Shown: positions 31,242 through 39,860 of the stretch, one piece after another
Layout: each line of letters begins with the position of its first letter
Numbering within the stretch: the stretch's first letter is position 1
IMG/VR virus record: IMGVR_UViG_3300045919_000631
Span: 45,281 to 109,280 of that record
From: a virus
Direction: 5' to 3' (one strand)
DNA length: 64,000 nt
The notes under the pieces: model-generated
The model's input: the letters and a program-made list of their open reading frames with translations, nothing else
What the model was told of the DNA's origin: nothing
Databases searched by the model: none
Made by a program: the position numbers and the translations under genes

Positions 31242-32231
31242 ATGTCGCAATCAAAGAATCTATTAGAGATATGGGATGTCTATGCTAACAGAGTTATCTT
31301 AGCAGAAAAGGCACCAGCTAAAAAAACTGATACTTTTTCTTCCAAACCCGGAAAAGGACCAGCTGCTCTAAACAGTAAAGAAGCACAAGCAATGGCTCAT
31401 AAAGACACGTCTGGGCCAAATAGCGCTAAGCCGCTTCAAAAACCTCTCGATGTTAAAGATGTAAAGACTAATCCAAAAGATGCTGTCTACGGAGTTCAAC
31501 GTTTTACCGTAGCAAACGGAAAATTTGATGAAAGTATAGAAAAAAGATCTAAAGCGGTAATAAATAATTACATGAAATCTATTTTCGATAAATTGTTTGA
31601 AGATGTTATGGGTGGCGACGATTCTGCTGATCTTAAAGCCCTTGGCGTTGATACAAAAGACGGCCTTGATGCAGGTCAACCAGGAGAAGAAGGAATGGGT
31701 GACGAGTCTGGTGATGTAACAGTTACATTAACAGCTGATCAAGTAGATTGTTTGCGTGCAATTTTATCTCAACTTGACGGTGATGATGCTAGCGGGGATG
31801 ATTTAGAGCAGGGTCTCGGCGACGAAGGCAGCCCTGAAACTGATGAAATTGGTAATCCAGGTGAAGAAGATTCTGAAGAAGAGGACAAAGAAGATGAAGA
31901 TGTCACAAAAGAATCAGTTGCAGCTAGCGTAGACAATAATGTTGATGGCAGTGGTAAAGTTTTAGGCACAGCAATTACAGATGAAGATAAGCTCAATAAT
32001 GGCTTTGTTAAAAAAGGTAATGCAGTTGTAAAGAGCACAGTTTCTAAGCTCGGTAAAAAAGGAAGTCTTGGTAACGGTAATGTAGCAAATGCTGTAGATG
32101 GTAGCGGTAAAGTTTTAGGCACAGCAATTACAGACGAAGATAAACTTTCAAGCGGAATGACAAAAGTTGGTAAAGGTGCAAATGTTGTCAAGACAAAAAT
32201 TGGTAAGCCAGGCAGCGATTTTTTCAGCTAA
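31242..32231 (+). CDS. acidic/basic late protein, putative prohead core or internal head protein
   Basis: 329 aa; D/E-rich centre, K-rich ends, ILAE and LFE candidate cleavage sites, duplicated VDGSGKVLGTAITDEDKL; own late promoter and terminator. Confidence 0.6.
   Translation: MSQSKNLLEIWDVYANRVILAEKAPAKKTDTFSSKPGKGPAALNSKEAQAMAHKDTSGPNSAKPLQKPLDVKDVKTNPKDAVYGVQRFTVANGKFDESIEKRSKAVINNYMKSIFDKLFEDVMGGDDSADLKALGVDTKDGLDAGQPGEEGMGDESGDVTVTLTADQVDCLRAILSQLDGDDASGDDLEQGLGDEGSPETDEIGNPGEEDSEEEDKEDEDVTKESVAASVDNNVDGSGKVLGTAITDEDKLNNGFVKKGNAVVKSTVSKLGKKGSLGNGNVANAVDGSGKVLGTAITDEDKLSSGMTKVGKGANVVKTKIGKPGSDFFS
31561..31566 (+). promoter_or_regulatory. internal late promoter before in-frame ATG 31572
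   Basis: TAAATA-attac-ATG, same geometry as TAAATA-tttac-ATG at the gene start. Confidence 0.6.
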
Positions 32232-32254
32232 TAGATTTAAAAAGAAAATAGATT

Positions 32255-32280
32255 AAAGCCGGCTTAGAGCCGGCTTTTTT
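32255..32280 (+). terminator. Rho-independent terminator
   Basis: AAAGCCGGCT-tag-AGCCGGCTTTTTT. Confidence 0.88.
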
Positions 32281-32301
32281 ATGGTTCGATTAAATAATTG
32301 C

Positions 32302-32670
32302 GTGGATTCTTTTAAAAAATATTTTACCACTCAAATTGGGCCTAAGCACAGACACCGAAAAGACTTTACTACAGCCACTGGCAGTAAAGGCTATCAACGT
32401 CAGCAAGTAAATTTAGTTCCGCGATTGGCTCAAAATAATGCTTCAGATTTTTCTGGAGCACCTTCTTTTGTGGAAAAAAATCACAAAATTGAAACTCTAA
32501 AAAAGGCTCCTGGTAGATTTTTCTGTGATGGGAAAGATGTAGATTTCATTACAAAAACCTACTTAAAAGGTTCTGCAATTAAGCCTGGAGAAATAAAAAT
32601 GCTTGGTGGTAAGATGGGGATTAAGTTTTACCAAGATGCTAAAACCGGCAAATATATAATTGAAAAATGA
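32302..32670 (+). CDS. late hypothetical protein
   Basis: TAAATA at 32291 then GTG at 32302 (MDSFKKYF). Confidence 0.6.
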   Translation: MDSFKKYFTTQIGPKHRHRKDFTTATGSKGYQRQQVNLVPRLAQNNASDFSGAPSFVEKNHKIETLKKAPGRFFCDGKDVDFITKTYLKGSAIKPGEIKMLGGKMGIKFYQDAKTGKYIIEK

Positions 32671-32723
32671 CCTTCAACGAGCTATATACTATCCTTGAAA
32701 ACGACTTCATGAATGGCTTAGAT
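32667..32723 (+). repeat. 57-nt direct repeat, copy 1
   Basis: ATGACCTTCAACGAGCTATATACTATCCTTGAAAACGACTTCATGAATGGCTTAGAT; one mismatch to 33976-34032. Confidence 0.97.
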
Positions 32724-33110
32724 GACGTTGATAAAGAAGCGTTTTTCTATAAAATCAGAGTTAATCCAAACGACTTTGAAAAGTGTGGGGAAGGTTGGGT
32801 CGCTAAAAGTCTTAAAAATAAACCAAAAAGTTTAGAAAAAGATTGTATCATGTTTGTTGATGGCACTAAAGTGTGGTGGAAAAACGGAGAGCGCCATCGC
32901 GACGATAGACCTGCTATAGAATATGCTAGTGGCACTAAAGAGTGGTGGAAAAATGGGAGACTTCATCGCGATAATGGACCTGCTATAGAACGAGCTAGTG
33001 GCTCTAAAGAGTGGTATAAAAACGGAAAATGTCATCGCGACGATGGACCTGCTATAGAACGAGCTAGTGGCTATAAAGAGTGGTGGAAAAACGGAGTAAA
33101 AATTAAATGA
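32667..33110 (+). CDS. MORN-variant-like repeat protein (HRxDGPAIE..G.KEWWKNG) with shared N-terminal leader
   Basis: Three 23-aa repeats; first 19 codons shared with the 33976 gene. Confidence 0.8.
   Translation: MTFNELYTILENDFMNGLDDVDKEAFFYKIRVNPNDFEKCGEGWVAKSLKNKPKSLEKDCIMFVDGTKVWWKNGERHRDDRPAIEYASGTKEWWKNGRLHRDNGPAIERASGSKEWYKNGKCHRDDGPAIERASGYKEWWKNGVKIK
32874..33095 (+). repeat. 69-nt coding tandem repeat (3 units plus partial)
   Basis: Units start at 32874, 32943, 33012, 33081. Confidence 0.95.
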
Positions 33111-33976
33111 TCGACTATACCGGCAACTGTTTTCCAGGAATCGTTGACGATAGCACTTTTTGCTTTCGTTATAATGATAAAGCTACAAATGAAAATGAGC
33201 AATACCTTTTTCAAAGCTATTGGAATGAGCAAATTAATACATACGGTCAACGCACAACCTATTACGTCAATACCTACAATGTATTGAGCGCTGATAACAT
33301 TTATGGTGAGCAGCCGGCCCGACGCTTTGCTCCTGGTGTGAGCCTTATTATGGCAATTGAGTTGAGTGAAAATGCAAATACTCTTTCAAAATTTGGCTTT
33401 CAAGCTGATGATGAAATCACAGCATATGTGACAATATCAGGATTTTATAACGCTTTTAATTCTTTAGGATTGACATTGATGACAACAACCAGTGGAGTTT
33501 CAGGTAACGTCCTCGACACTCAAAATTCTCAAGATATTCGAACTGAAACATCAACAGTGTATGAAACTCAATTTAATCAGGTTCAGCCCAAAGCTGGTGA
33601 CGTTTTTGCAATGACAGAGTACGGCCAAGGACGTCCTGGTGGTCGAAGCGGTATTCAATTTGAAGTCACTGAAATTATTGATCAGGATATTACAAAAATA
33701 AATCAGCTCGGTGGCCATTACGTTTGGATGCTAAAAGCAAAACGCTTTGATTATAGCTTTGAGCCAGGGCTATCTGCTGAAGCTAAAAGCGATCAAGTAT
33801 TTGATAATTCATTTTCTGGTCAACTTAGCGGTGGTGTCGATGATGACGTTATTCCTACTCCAGTTGATACGTCAATCGATAAAAAATATCCTCTTAATAT
33901 CGACCAAACTAGCAAAACTGTTGTCTTTAATATGTCAGCTAATAATGATACAGCTGTCTATGGAGGTTATTACTAA
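33107..33976 (+). CDS. gp14: neck protein, gp14-like
   Basis: EQINTYGQ..DNIYGE..LSKFGFQADDEIT..PKAGDV..FEVTEI..QLGGHYVWML.AKRFDYSFE. Confidence 0.88.
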   Translation: MIDYTGNCFPGIVDDSTFCFRYNDKATNENEQYLFQSYWNEQINTYGQRTTYYVNTYNVLSADNIYGEQPARRFAPGVSLIMAIELSENANTLSKFGFQADDEITAYVTISGFYNAFNSLGLTLMTTTSGVSGNVLDTQNSQDIRTETSTVYETQFNQVQPKAGDVFAMTEYGQGRPGGRSGIQFEVTEIIDQDITKINQLGGHYVWMLKAKRFDYSFEPGLSAEAKSDQVFDNSFSGQLSGGVDDDVIPTPVDTSIDKKYPLNIDQTSKTVVFNMSANNDTAVYGGYY

Positions 33977-34032
33977 TGACCTTCAACGCGCTATATACTA
34001 TCCTTGAAAACGACTTCATGAATGGCTTAGAT
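33976..34032 (+). repeat. 57-nt direct repeat, copy 2
   Basis: 56/57 identity to 32667-32723 (GAG vs GCG in codon 5). Confidence 0.97.
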
Positions 34033-34332
34033 CAGGTCGAAGATGAATTAAAATGGCATCTCCCGTTTTATGTGTGGGATAGTAGTCCAAAAACAATTAA
34101 CACTAAACAATTTAGCAGTATTGCAGAGCACTGGATGTCTTACATAAAAGAAATCCATAAAAAATATAAAACTGCGAAAGAATTTCGAGATGCTATTCTC
34201 GAAGGAGAGCCTCTCATGTTTGAGAGGACTGGAGATGGTATAAAATATTTAGACGGTTCTGTATATTCTTATAAAGTGGTCTTCTGCTCTAATATAGATC
34301 GTCTCAAGGAATTTGTCAAGACCTTGAAGTAG
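33976..34332 (+). CDS. hypothetical protein with the shared N-terminal leader
   Basis: MTFNALYTILENDFMNGLD followed by sequence unrelated to the 32667 gene. Confidence 0.7.
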   Translation: MTFNALYTILENDFMNGLDQVEDELKWHLPFYVWDSSPKTINTKQFSSIAEHWMSYIKEIHKKYKTAKEFRDAILEGEPLMFERTGDGIKYLDGSVYSYKVVFCSNIDRLKEFVKTLK

Positions 34333-34555
34333 CTTTTTGAATCATCCAATTTTCGATATCGTATCGCATATCTTTTTCGCGATCAATGATGTATTTTTGA
34401 AACGCGAGTGGTTTAATCCAAGAACTATTCTTATCAGGGTTTAAACCGAGTTGCTCAGCTTTTTGACAAGCTAAATTTACTCCCTCAATTAAACAGGCCA
34501 TTCGAGCCAAAAAATCTATTCCATACTCTTCTTCTAAGTTACTTGTTACTGTCAT
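34316..34555 (-). CDS. hypothetical protein
   Basis: 79 aa in a chain of overlapping minus-strand ORFs. Confidence 0.6.
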   Translation of the reverse strand: MTVTSNLEEEYGIDFLARMACLIEGVNLACQKAEQLGLNPDKNSSWIKPLAFQKYIIDREKDMRYDIENWMIQKATSRS

Positions 34556-34964
34556 GTAATGATTGTAACACTTTTCCCATTAGGACAATTTTAGACCGAC
34601 GTTCATCATACGCATATTGTTTAGTCAGGTTAAAGCAAGTGATTAAGAGCTCCTTAATAGTTTTTTTGTTCTTTTGATAAATTACTAAACTATCTTTATC
34701 AAGTGTTTGAGGAGTTTCCTGATCTAATACATTTATAAGTGTATCAAACGCTATTCTAATTGAAGAGTTAATTTTATTTTTCTCTGTATCAATGCCTTCT
34801 TTTAAGAAAAGAAGTTCTTGGGGAGATAAATTGATATTTTTTTCAATACTTTTAACTAATTCATCAAAAGATGGTAATACCGCTTCTGGCTTTGTTACAA
34901 AAGCCACGGGCTCAACGTTTTTAAAATGAGCGTCATAAAATGATTGAGGTTCACCGTTGGCCAT
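34539..34964 (-). CDS. hypothetical protein
   Basis: 141 aa, overlaps both neighbours. Confidence 0.6.
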   Translation of the reverse strand: MANGEPQSFYDAHFKNVEPVAFVTKPEAVLPSFDELVKSIEKNINLSPQELLFLKEGIDTEKNKINSSIRIAFDTLINVLDQETPQTLDKDSLVIYQKNKKTIKELLITCFNLTKQYAYDERRSKIVLMGKVLQSLHDSNK

Positions 34965-35337
34965 CGTTAAAATAGATTGGTTCAGTTACGAGCAACGTTT
35001 TTACAACTGTTTCTGCTTTAATTGTCTTGTCACACTTTTTGCATTTGTAAAAAACGTCAACATCTTGCCTAATCTCAACTGGCTGTTTCACTTTTTCATT
35101 GCAAGGACATTCAATTACAGCTACGTGTTTAGATTTTAATGCATACTCCTCATTTTTAAGCTGCTGAGCCTTTAAAATTAAAGCGTTCTCAACTGTTTGG
35201 CGATATATTTCATATCCAATAGTTTGAAGCACTATTGCAAGCATAAAAACAAGCCAAAAATGAGAAGAAAATATAAGCCCAAACACAACACTTACAAAAA
35301 GCGTCAAACCTATCGAAAATACCGGAGATTTAAACAT
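34951..35337 (-). CDS. membrane protein with C-terminal zinc-ribbon-like motif
   Basis: Two N-terminal hydrophobic helices; CPC..CKKC. Confidence 0.65.
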   Translation of the reverse strand: MFKSPVFSIGLTLFVSVVFGLIFSSHFWLVFMLAIVLQTIGYEIYRQTVENALILKAQQLKNEEYALKSKHVAVIECPCNEKVKQPVEIRQDVDVFYKCKKCDKTIKAETVVKTLLVTEPIYFNDGQR

Positions 35338-35690
35338 TAACCAATTTTATCTACAAGAGTGCTAATTTCAACTAATATTTTGTTTATCTCAGTTAATTTT
35401 TTCTTAGCTTCTTCTAAAATAGGGGCTTGGTTTTTCTTGAAAGCTGGGTTAACCATTGTGTTATCAATAATTTTCTCCATATTCATCACTGTTACATACA
35501 TATCTGATAAAATCTCATCGGTTCTATCAAGAGGATAAGGCTTTACATGAGGTGCTTGAGAGTTATCATCTCTATTATTTGCTCCCATTAGGGTCGACAC
35601 TTTATTAGCCTCAGGTGGTGTCTCTGTTTTCATTCCAGACATCTGGCGCTGACTATTCATTTTTTGATCCTCTGAAATGAGCTTTTTCAT
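35337..35690 (-). CDS. late hypothetical protein
   Basis: TAAATA 5 nt before the ATG; N-terminus MKKLISE. Confidence 0.6.
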   Translation of the reverse strand: MKKLISEDQKMNSQRQMSGMKTETPPEANKVSTLMGANNRDDNSQAPHVKPYPLDRTDEILSDMYVTVMNMEKIIDNTMVNPAFKKNQAPILEEAKKKLTEINKILVEISTLVDKIG

Positions 35691-35723
35691 TTAAATATTT
35701 ATGGGAGCAATAAATAATAACAT

Positions 35724-36143
35724 ATGAGCAAATTTGGCAACAGATTTAAAAGCATTTTGAATGAGAAAGATGAAGAGATGTCTGATCAACAAGCCATGGC
35801 TCAGACACTTGACAAAGGATCGTCTATTGAAGACTTTAATGTGGATGCTCCTCCTGTGGATCACCAAGTTCAACCTTCAATGAGCGGCATTCAGAAGAAG
35901 ATGTACGATGAATTGAAGGAATGGATTGCAGAGCTTGATAGATTCGCTCAATATTTGAACGGTACAGAGCCAAATAGTGTTCAATCTCGATTAAATTCAG
36001 CTGAATCGGATACATTATTTGATAAAATCAGCACAGCTGAAACAAAAAAGATTGCTCGTGTTGCTGTAGAAATTTCTTCTTTAAGTGAAATGATGAAAGG
36101 CTATTTAGCCACAGTCAATGATCCAAAATATCGCTATTCGTGA
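35724..36143 (+). CDS. late hypothetical protein with capsid-targeting-like N-terminus
   Basis: TAAATA at 35711; MSKFGNRFKSILNE. Confidence 0.65.
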   Translation: MSKFGNRFKSILNEKDEEMSDQQAMAQTLDKGSSIEDFNVDAPPVDHQVQPSMSGIQKKMYDELKEWIAELDRFAQYLNGTEPNSVQSRLNSAESDTLFDKISTAETKKIARVAVEISSLSEMMKGYLATVNDPKYRYS

Positions 36144-37177
36144 TTTTGGTTTTTAATCTCAATAAGTTTTATCTTAGCCGTTAGCCCAGAAAACGTATTA
36201 TCTAATACAAATTTCTGGGTTATTTCATCTTTACCCTGGTCTATACAAATATCATTAAAGTCTTTATACTTTTTTAGCTCTTTCGGCCATATAAAAACCT
36301 TCTCTCCTTGATCAACTAGAGTGGATGTCTTTTTAAATGCTGGTAAATCGCTCCATTGATTGTCTAAACACCAGATTCTTGTAAAGCTTGTTAATGAAGC
36401 AAGCTGATTTCGTTGATATTCACCAAAGCTTCTATCACTATCTTCCTGAATACCTACAACAGCTAGGCCATTTTTAATAAAATAACTATCAATTGGGCCT
36501 TCTAAAAGAAAGATATGTTCCGTATCAGACTTTACGTTTTCAATTCCAGCTAAACTCTTTTCTCCACCAACTTTGCTAATGTATTTTTCTTTTTTAAAAG
36601 AGTCGCTTTTTAATAGCGCACGACTTTGATAGAAGACAATGTTCCCCTCAAGGTCATAAAACGGTATAATTAACCTATTCTTATGCGTAAAGTCAGTAAG
36701 TGACAAATACATCGTTTTTGGCTTGTTAATTGCCGTGTTTAAGCGTCTTGACTTAATGAAATCTAAGCAAACCTTTACAATTGCATTGCTTTCATAAAAT
36801 TTAAGCTGACTTATATCACTTAAGTTAATACAATCATCTGGAAGAGATGGCGTTGCAACTTTTACTTCAGGCTTTTTATTAGCAATAACTGGAACATCAT
36901 CATATTCTCTTGACTTAATCTCATTTATGATGATGTTGAATGGTTTACCTGTAAGTTCAAGTAAGAAATTGAAGGCTTTTTTACTGTACCCGCAATTATG
37001 GCAGTAAGCTAACTCTTTTCTTGGTATGTAAAAGAATCTCGTCTTCTTTCCCCAGCTCTCACCTTCTTTACAAAAGGGGCAACTGCCATTATATACCTTA
37101 GTATGCTTATTATATGTTAGATGACTTACGCATTGATACAGATTCTGCACAATGTAGTCTTCGGGGATAGGAATCAC
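36134..37177 (-). CDS. gp61: DNA primase, gp61
   Basis: CPFC..CHNC zinc finger, RLIIPF, YQSR, TOPRIM LLEGPIDS, CLDN, KDFND. Confidence 0.95.
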   Translation of the reverse strand: MIPIPEDYIVQNLYQCVSHLTYNKHTKVYNGSCPFCKEGESWGKKTRFFYIPRKELAYCHNCGYSKKAFNFLLELTGKPFNIIINEIKSREYDDVPVIANKKPEVKVATPSLPDDCINLSDISQLKFYESNAIVKVCLDFIKSRRLNTAINKPKTMYLSLTDFTHKNRLIIPFYDLEGNIVFYQSRALLKSDSFKKEKYISKVGGEKSLAGIENVKSDTEHIFLLEGPIDSYFIKNGLAVVGIQEDSDRSFGEYQRNQLASLTSFTRIWCLDNQWSDLPAFKKTSTLVDQGEKVFIWPKELKKYKDFNDICIDQGKDEITQKFVLDNTFSGLTAKIKLIEIKNQNHE

Positions 37178-37184
37178 CCAAATA

Positions 37185-37424
37185 TTATTGTCTGTAAGAA
37201 GTAGAAGTCAATGAATTATTTTGATTTTTCTTAAAATCTGCAATAACTTCACCGGTCTTGCTGTCTTTAATCGATACGGTACCCCTTTTAATGAGGCTAC
37301 CCGTTACCGGATCACTCCAAGCAACGTTTTCATATGTTTTTCCATTCTCTGTAAATGTAGTAACCTTTGGAAAAGCTGCCTGGCCTGAGAAAGGCGATAT
37401 AATCTTTACGGGTTCCATGAACAT
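37185..37424 (-). CDS. hypothetical protein
   Basis: TAAATA at 37435-37430 then ATG at 37424 (MFMEPVKI); upstream extension overlaps the next gene. Confidence 0.6.
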   Translation of the reverse strand: MFMEPVKIISPFSGQAAFPKVTTFTENGKTYENVAWSDPVTGSLIKRGTVSIKDSKTGEVIADFKKNQNNSLTSTSYRQ

Positions 37425-37428
37425 ATAA

Positions 37429-37779
37429 CTATTTAGTCGTTGCTGTTGAGGATTTAACAGGATTACCGTGCTTTTTGTTGTGATAAAACTGCGCCTTGCA
37501 GATTTTGTATATATCAGCCGGTAAACATTGCACAAATTCTGCTATCTTATACTTTAAAGCCCATTCAAACTTGTCAACAGGTGAGAATCTATTGATATTC
37601 TTTGGAATAGATAGAAAATGATAGACATCATCATCTTTCTCCACAAATACCCACATTTCACCTACGTATGTACCTGTTCCTACTGCATAAGCCTGGGATT
37701 CTTTTGGGGCTTTAGTGGAATTATTAGGCTTCCACTTCATTTTTTCTATTAGTCTCTTGACCTTTGTTATATTAGACAT
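37429..37779 (-). CDS. hypothetical protein
   Basis: 116-aa ORF in the replication arm. Confidence 0.6.
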   Translation of the reverse strand: MSNITKVKRLIEKMKWKPNNSTKAPKESQAYAVGTGTYVGEMWVFVEKDDDVYHFLSIPKNINRFSPVDKFEWALKYKIAEFVQCLPADIYKICKAQFYHNKKHGNPVKSSTATTK

Positions 37780-37824
37780 AGAAACTTAAAAATACTAATG
37801 AGATTCAAGGGATTTCAATGTGAA

Positions 37825-38235
37825 TTAACGGAAATTACCACCATTACCAACATGATATTGATAGAATTTCACGAGAAAAGAGTTAAGTGCATCCGCTTCT
37901 TGTTGATTGTGAGCAACAACCAGTGGACCAACTGGGTTTCCTTCAAAATCATACCCAAATATGATGAAATTGTTCATAAACTCTTGGTTTGTTGCCACTA
38001 GAGCATCGTTAATATCATCGCCTTTTTTGGCTTCTGATTGCTGTTGAGCTTGTTTTCTGAGAAAAATCTTTAAAGCGTCTCGAACCACTGCATCAACAGC
38101 AACTGTCGTATCTGAAACAGCAGGAACAGCAGAAAGTGCTGTTGTCTCTTTTTTTCTTTTTGGAGTCTTTCCAGGATCTTCTTTAGATTCCTCTCCTTTA
38201 TTTGAAACGAACATATCTTTATTTAATTTTAGCAA
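37825..38235 (-). CDS. hypothetical protein
   Basis: 136-aa ORF; start uncertain. Confidence 0.6.
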   Translation of the reverse strand: MLKLNKDMFVSNKGEESKEDPGKTPKRKKETTALSAVPAVSDTTVAVDAVVRDALKIFLRKQAQQQSEAKKGDDINDALVATNQEFMNNFIIFGYDFEGNPVGPLVVAHNQQEADALNSFLVKFYQYHVGNGGNFR

Positions 38236-38584
38236 ATGGATTATTGGCTATATTGTTATCAACACCTCTACTGATTAGATGATCTATGATAACCTCAATG
38301 CTTTCTGTTTTTAAAAACGTTCCAGATGGGAACTTTTGATTACCGTCTGATAACTCAAACAATACTTCATTTACTTCATTTTTATTTGAGTAACAAGTAA
38401 CAAACACTGATGCGACTCCTGGATCAACAAGCACTGTCCATCGTCTTGGGTCTGAACTACCATACGCATTAAAGATTTTAAATACAACAAATCCACTATC
38501 TTTAAGCCGCTTAATGAAGTAACCAGCTGTTTTGATCTTGTTAGATACTTTCTTTTGCTTAATTGTCCACGGGATCTGTTCCAT
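38219..38584 (-). CDS. hypothetical protein
   Basis: 121 aa, immediately downstream of the clamp. Confidence 0.65.
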   Translation of the reverse strand: MEQIPWTIKQKKVSNKIKTAGYFIKRLKDSGFVVFKIFNAYGSSDPRRWTVLVDPGVASVFVTCYSNKNEVNEVLFELSDGNQKFPSGTFLKTESIEVIIDHLISRGVDNNIANNPFAKIK

Positions 38585-38585
38585 A

Positions 38586-39323
38586 TTAATTAATTAACGC
38601 AGACACGATATAAATCAATTTTGTATCTCCTCTTTTCATGTCTATCTTTAAAATACCCAATGTATTGTTAATGCTAACTTTGCAAGCATCGCTCTTGCTA
38701 AAGTTAACCAACCTAAATGTCTCAAAATTAATAGGAAGCGGCTTACTAATAGTTGATCCTTCAAGTTTATCAGATATAACCATTTGAAAGTTATCACTGT
38801 TGTGACGTGTCTTGTCACCTAATTCAGCGAATACTTTATTATCCTCGCAATAAATGTATATTTTATTAGTTTCTGTCGTAAACGAGCTTGCGCGTGTTAT
38901 ATTGTTTATAACTTCTGCTTGAACCACAAAACTTGTATCAAACACAATATCATTTATTTTTTTAATATTGATTAATGGCTCTTTAATAATGCCATCATCA
39001 AGCAGGTGATACTTAAATTTATAATGCGGGGTTGTATATTTGATACAATTGGACTCTAAAGTGAGATCAATCTTATCAGATTCTTCATCGTTAACGCAAT
39101 CTAAGACCCTTGTAAATTTTTTAATATCAGGGACGTTAAGTTTAACAACACTTTCGCAAATAGCTGGAAGCTCGGCATAAAGCACAAGCGTCTGGTCATT
39201 AGATGCTAAAAGAGCTGAAATTTTATCAGTCTCTATTCTAAAAGTCGCTTTATCGGATATACTCGACGCTGAGCCTAGTATATTTGAAATAAATTGCTTT
39301 TTATTTCCTATTGTTAATTTCAT
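38586..39323 (-). CDS. gp45: sliding clamp, gp45/PCNA-like
   Basis: 245 aa; VLYAEL..LNVPDIKKFTRVL..FKYHLLDDGII..LIYIVS pattern typical of T4-like clamps. Confidence 0.8.
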   Translation of the reverse strand: MKLTIGNKKQFISNILGSASSISDKATFRIETDKISALLASNDQTLVLYAELPAICESVVKLNVPDIKKFTRVLDCVNDEESDKIDLTLESNCIKYTTPHYKFKYHLLDDGIIKEPLINIKKINDIVFDTSFVVQAEVINNITRASSFTTETNKIYIYCEDNKVFAELGDKTRHNSDNFQMVISDKLEGSTISKPLPINFETFRLVNFSKSDACKVSINNTLGILKIDMKRGDTKLIYIVSALIN

Positions 39324-39342
39324 TAAACTAATTATAGATTAG

Positions 39343-39858
39343 TTAATTTTGAGAACCATCTACTTTTTTTTTATATTCTCTCTTAGGCTTTGGAGCTGCG
39401 TCTAATTTTTGGGAAATTTCATTGAGCTTTTCAAAAAGCTCATCAAATGTATCGTTCATACGATCTTCCATGTCTTCAATTTTATACACTAAATCTTGAT
39501 ATTTTGCTCTCTTATCAAAATCAAACTCAAGCTGCGGAGTATCTTCCACTTTTATAGGATAAGATGTTGTGATTGTCGCTGGATCAATTGGAGTAACTGA
39601 ACCGACAACTTGCATAAAATTTACTTGTGAAGTAGCTTGTGGCTGGGTGGGTTGAATTACTGGCGGCTGGACCTGCGGTTGCGAAACAACTGGCGACGAT
39701 GTGGTCGTCGCCAGGAATTTTGCAAGATCATTTTTAACCACTTCAGCTCTCTTGCCGAGAGTGCTTGATGATGAGGTAATCATGCCATCGATTTTATTCA
39801 AATCAGACATGGTCCCCAACATTATGCCAGCAACGAGAGCTTTGTGATCTTCTTCCAT
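39343..39858 (-). CDS. hypothetical protein
   Basis: 171 aa; Q/P-rich linker and C-terminal coiled coil; follows gp32. Confidence 0.6.
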   Translation of the reverse strand: MEEDHKALVAGIMLGTMSDLNKIDGMITSSSSTLGKRAEVVKNDLAKFLATTTSSPVVSQPQVQPPVIQPTQPQATSQVNFMQVVGSVTPIDPATITTSYPIKVEDTPQLEFDFDKRAKYQDLVYKIEDMEDRMNDTFDELFEKLNEISQKLDAAPKPKREYKKKVDGSQN

Positions 39859-39860
39859 CT

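Noticed and set aside
32667-34032. Diversity-generating retroelement (TR/VR pair)
   Set aside because: Only one mismatch, repeats at 5' ends of genes rather than 3' ends, and no reverse transcriptase in the window
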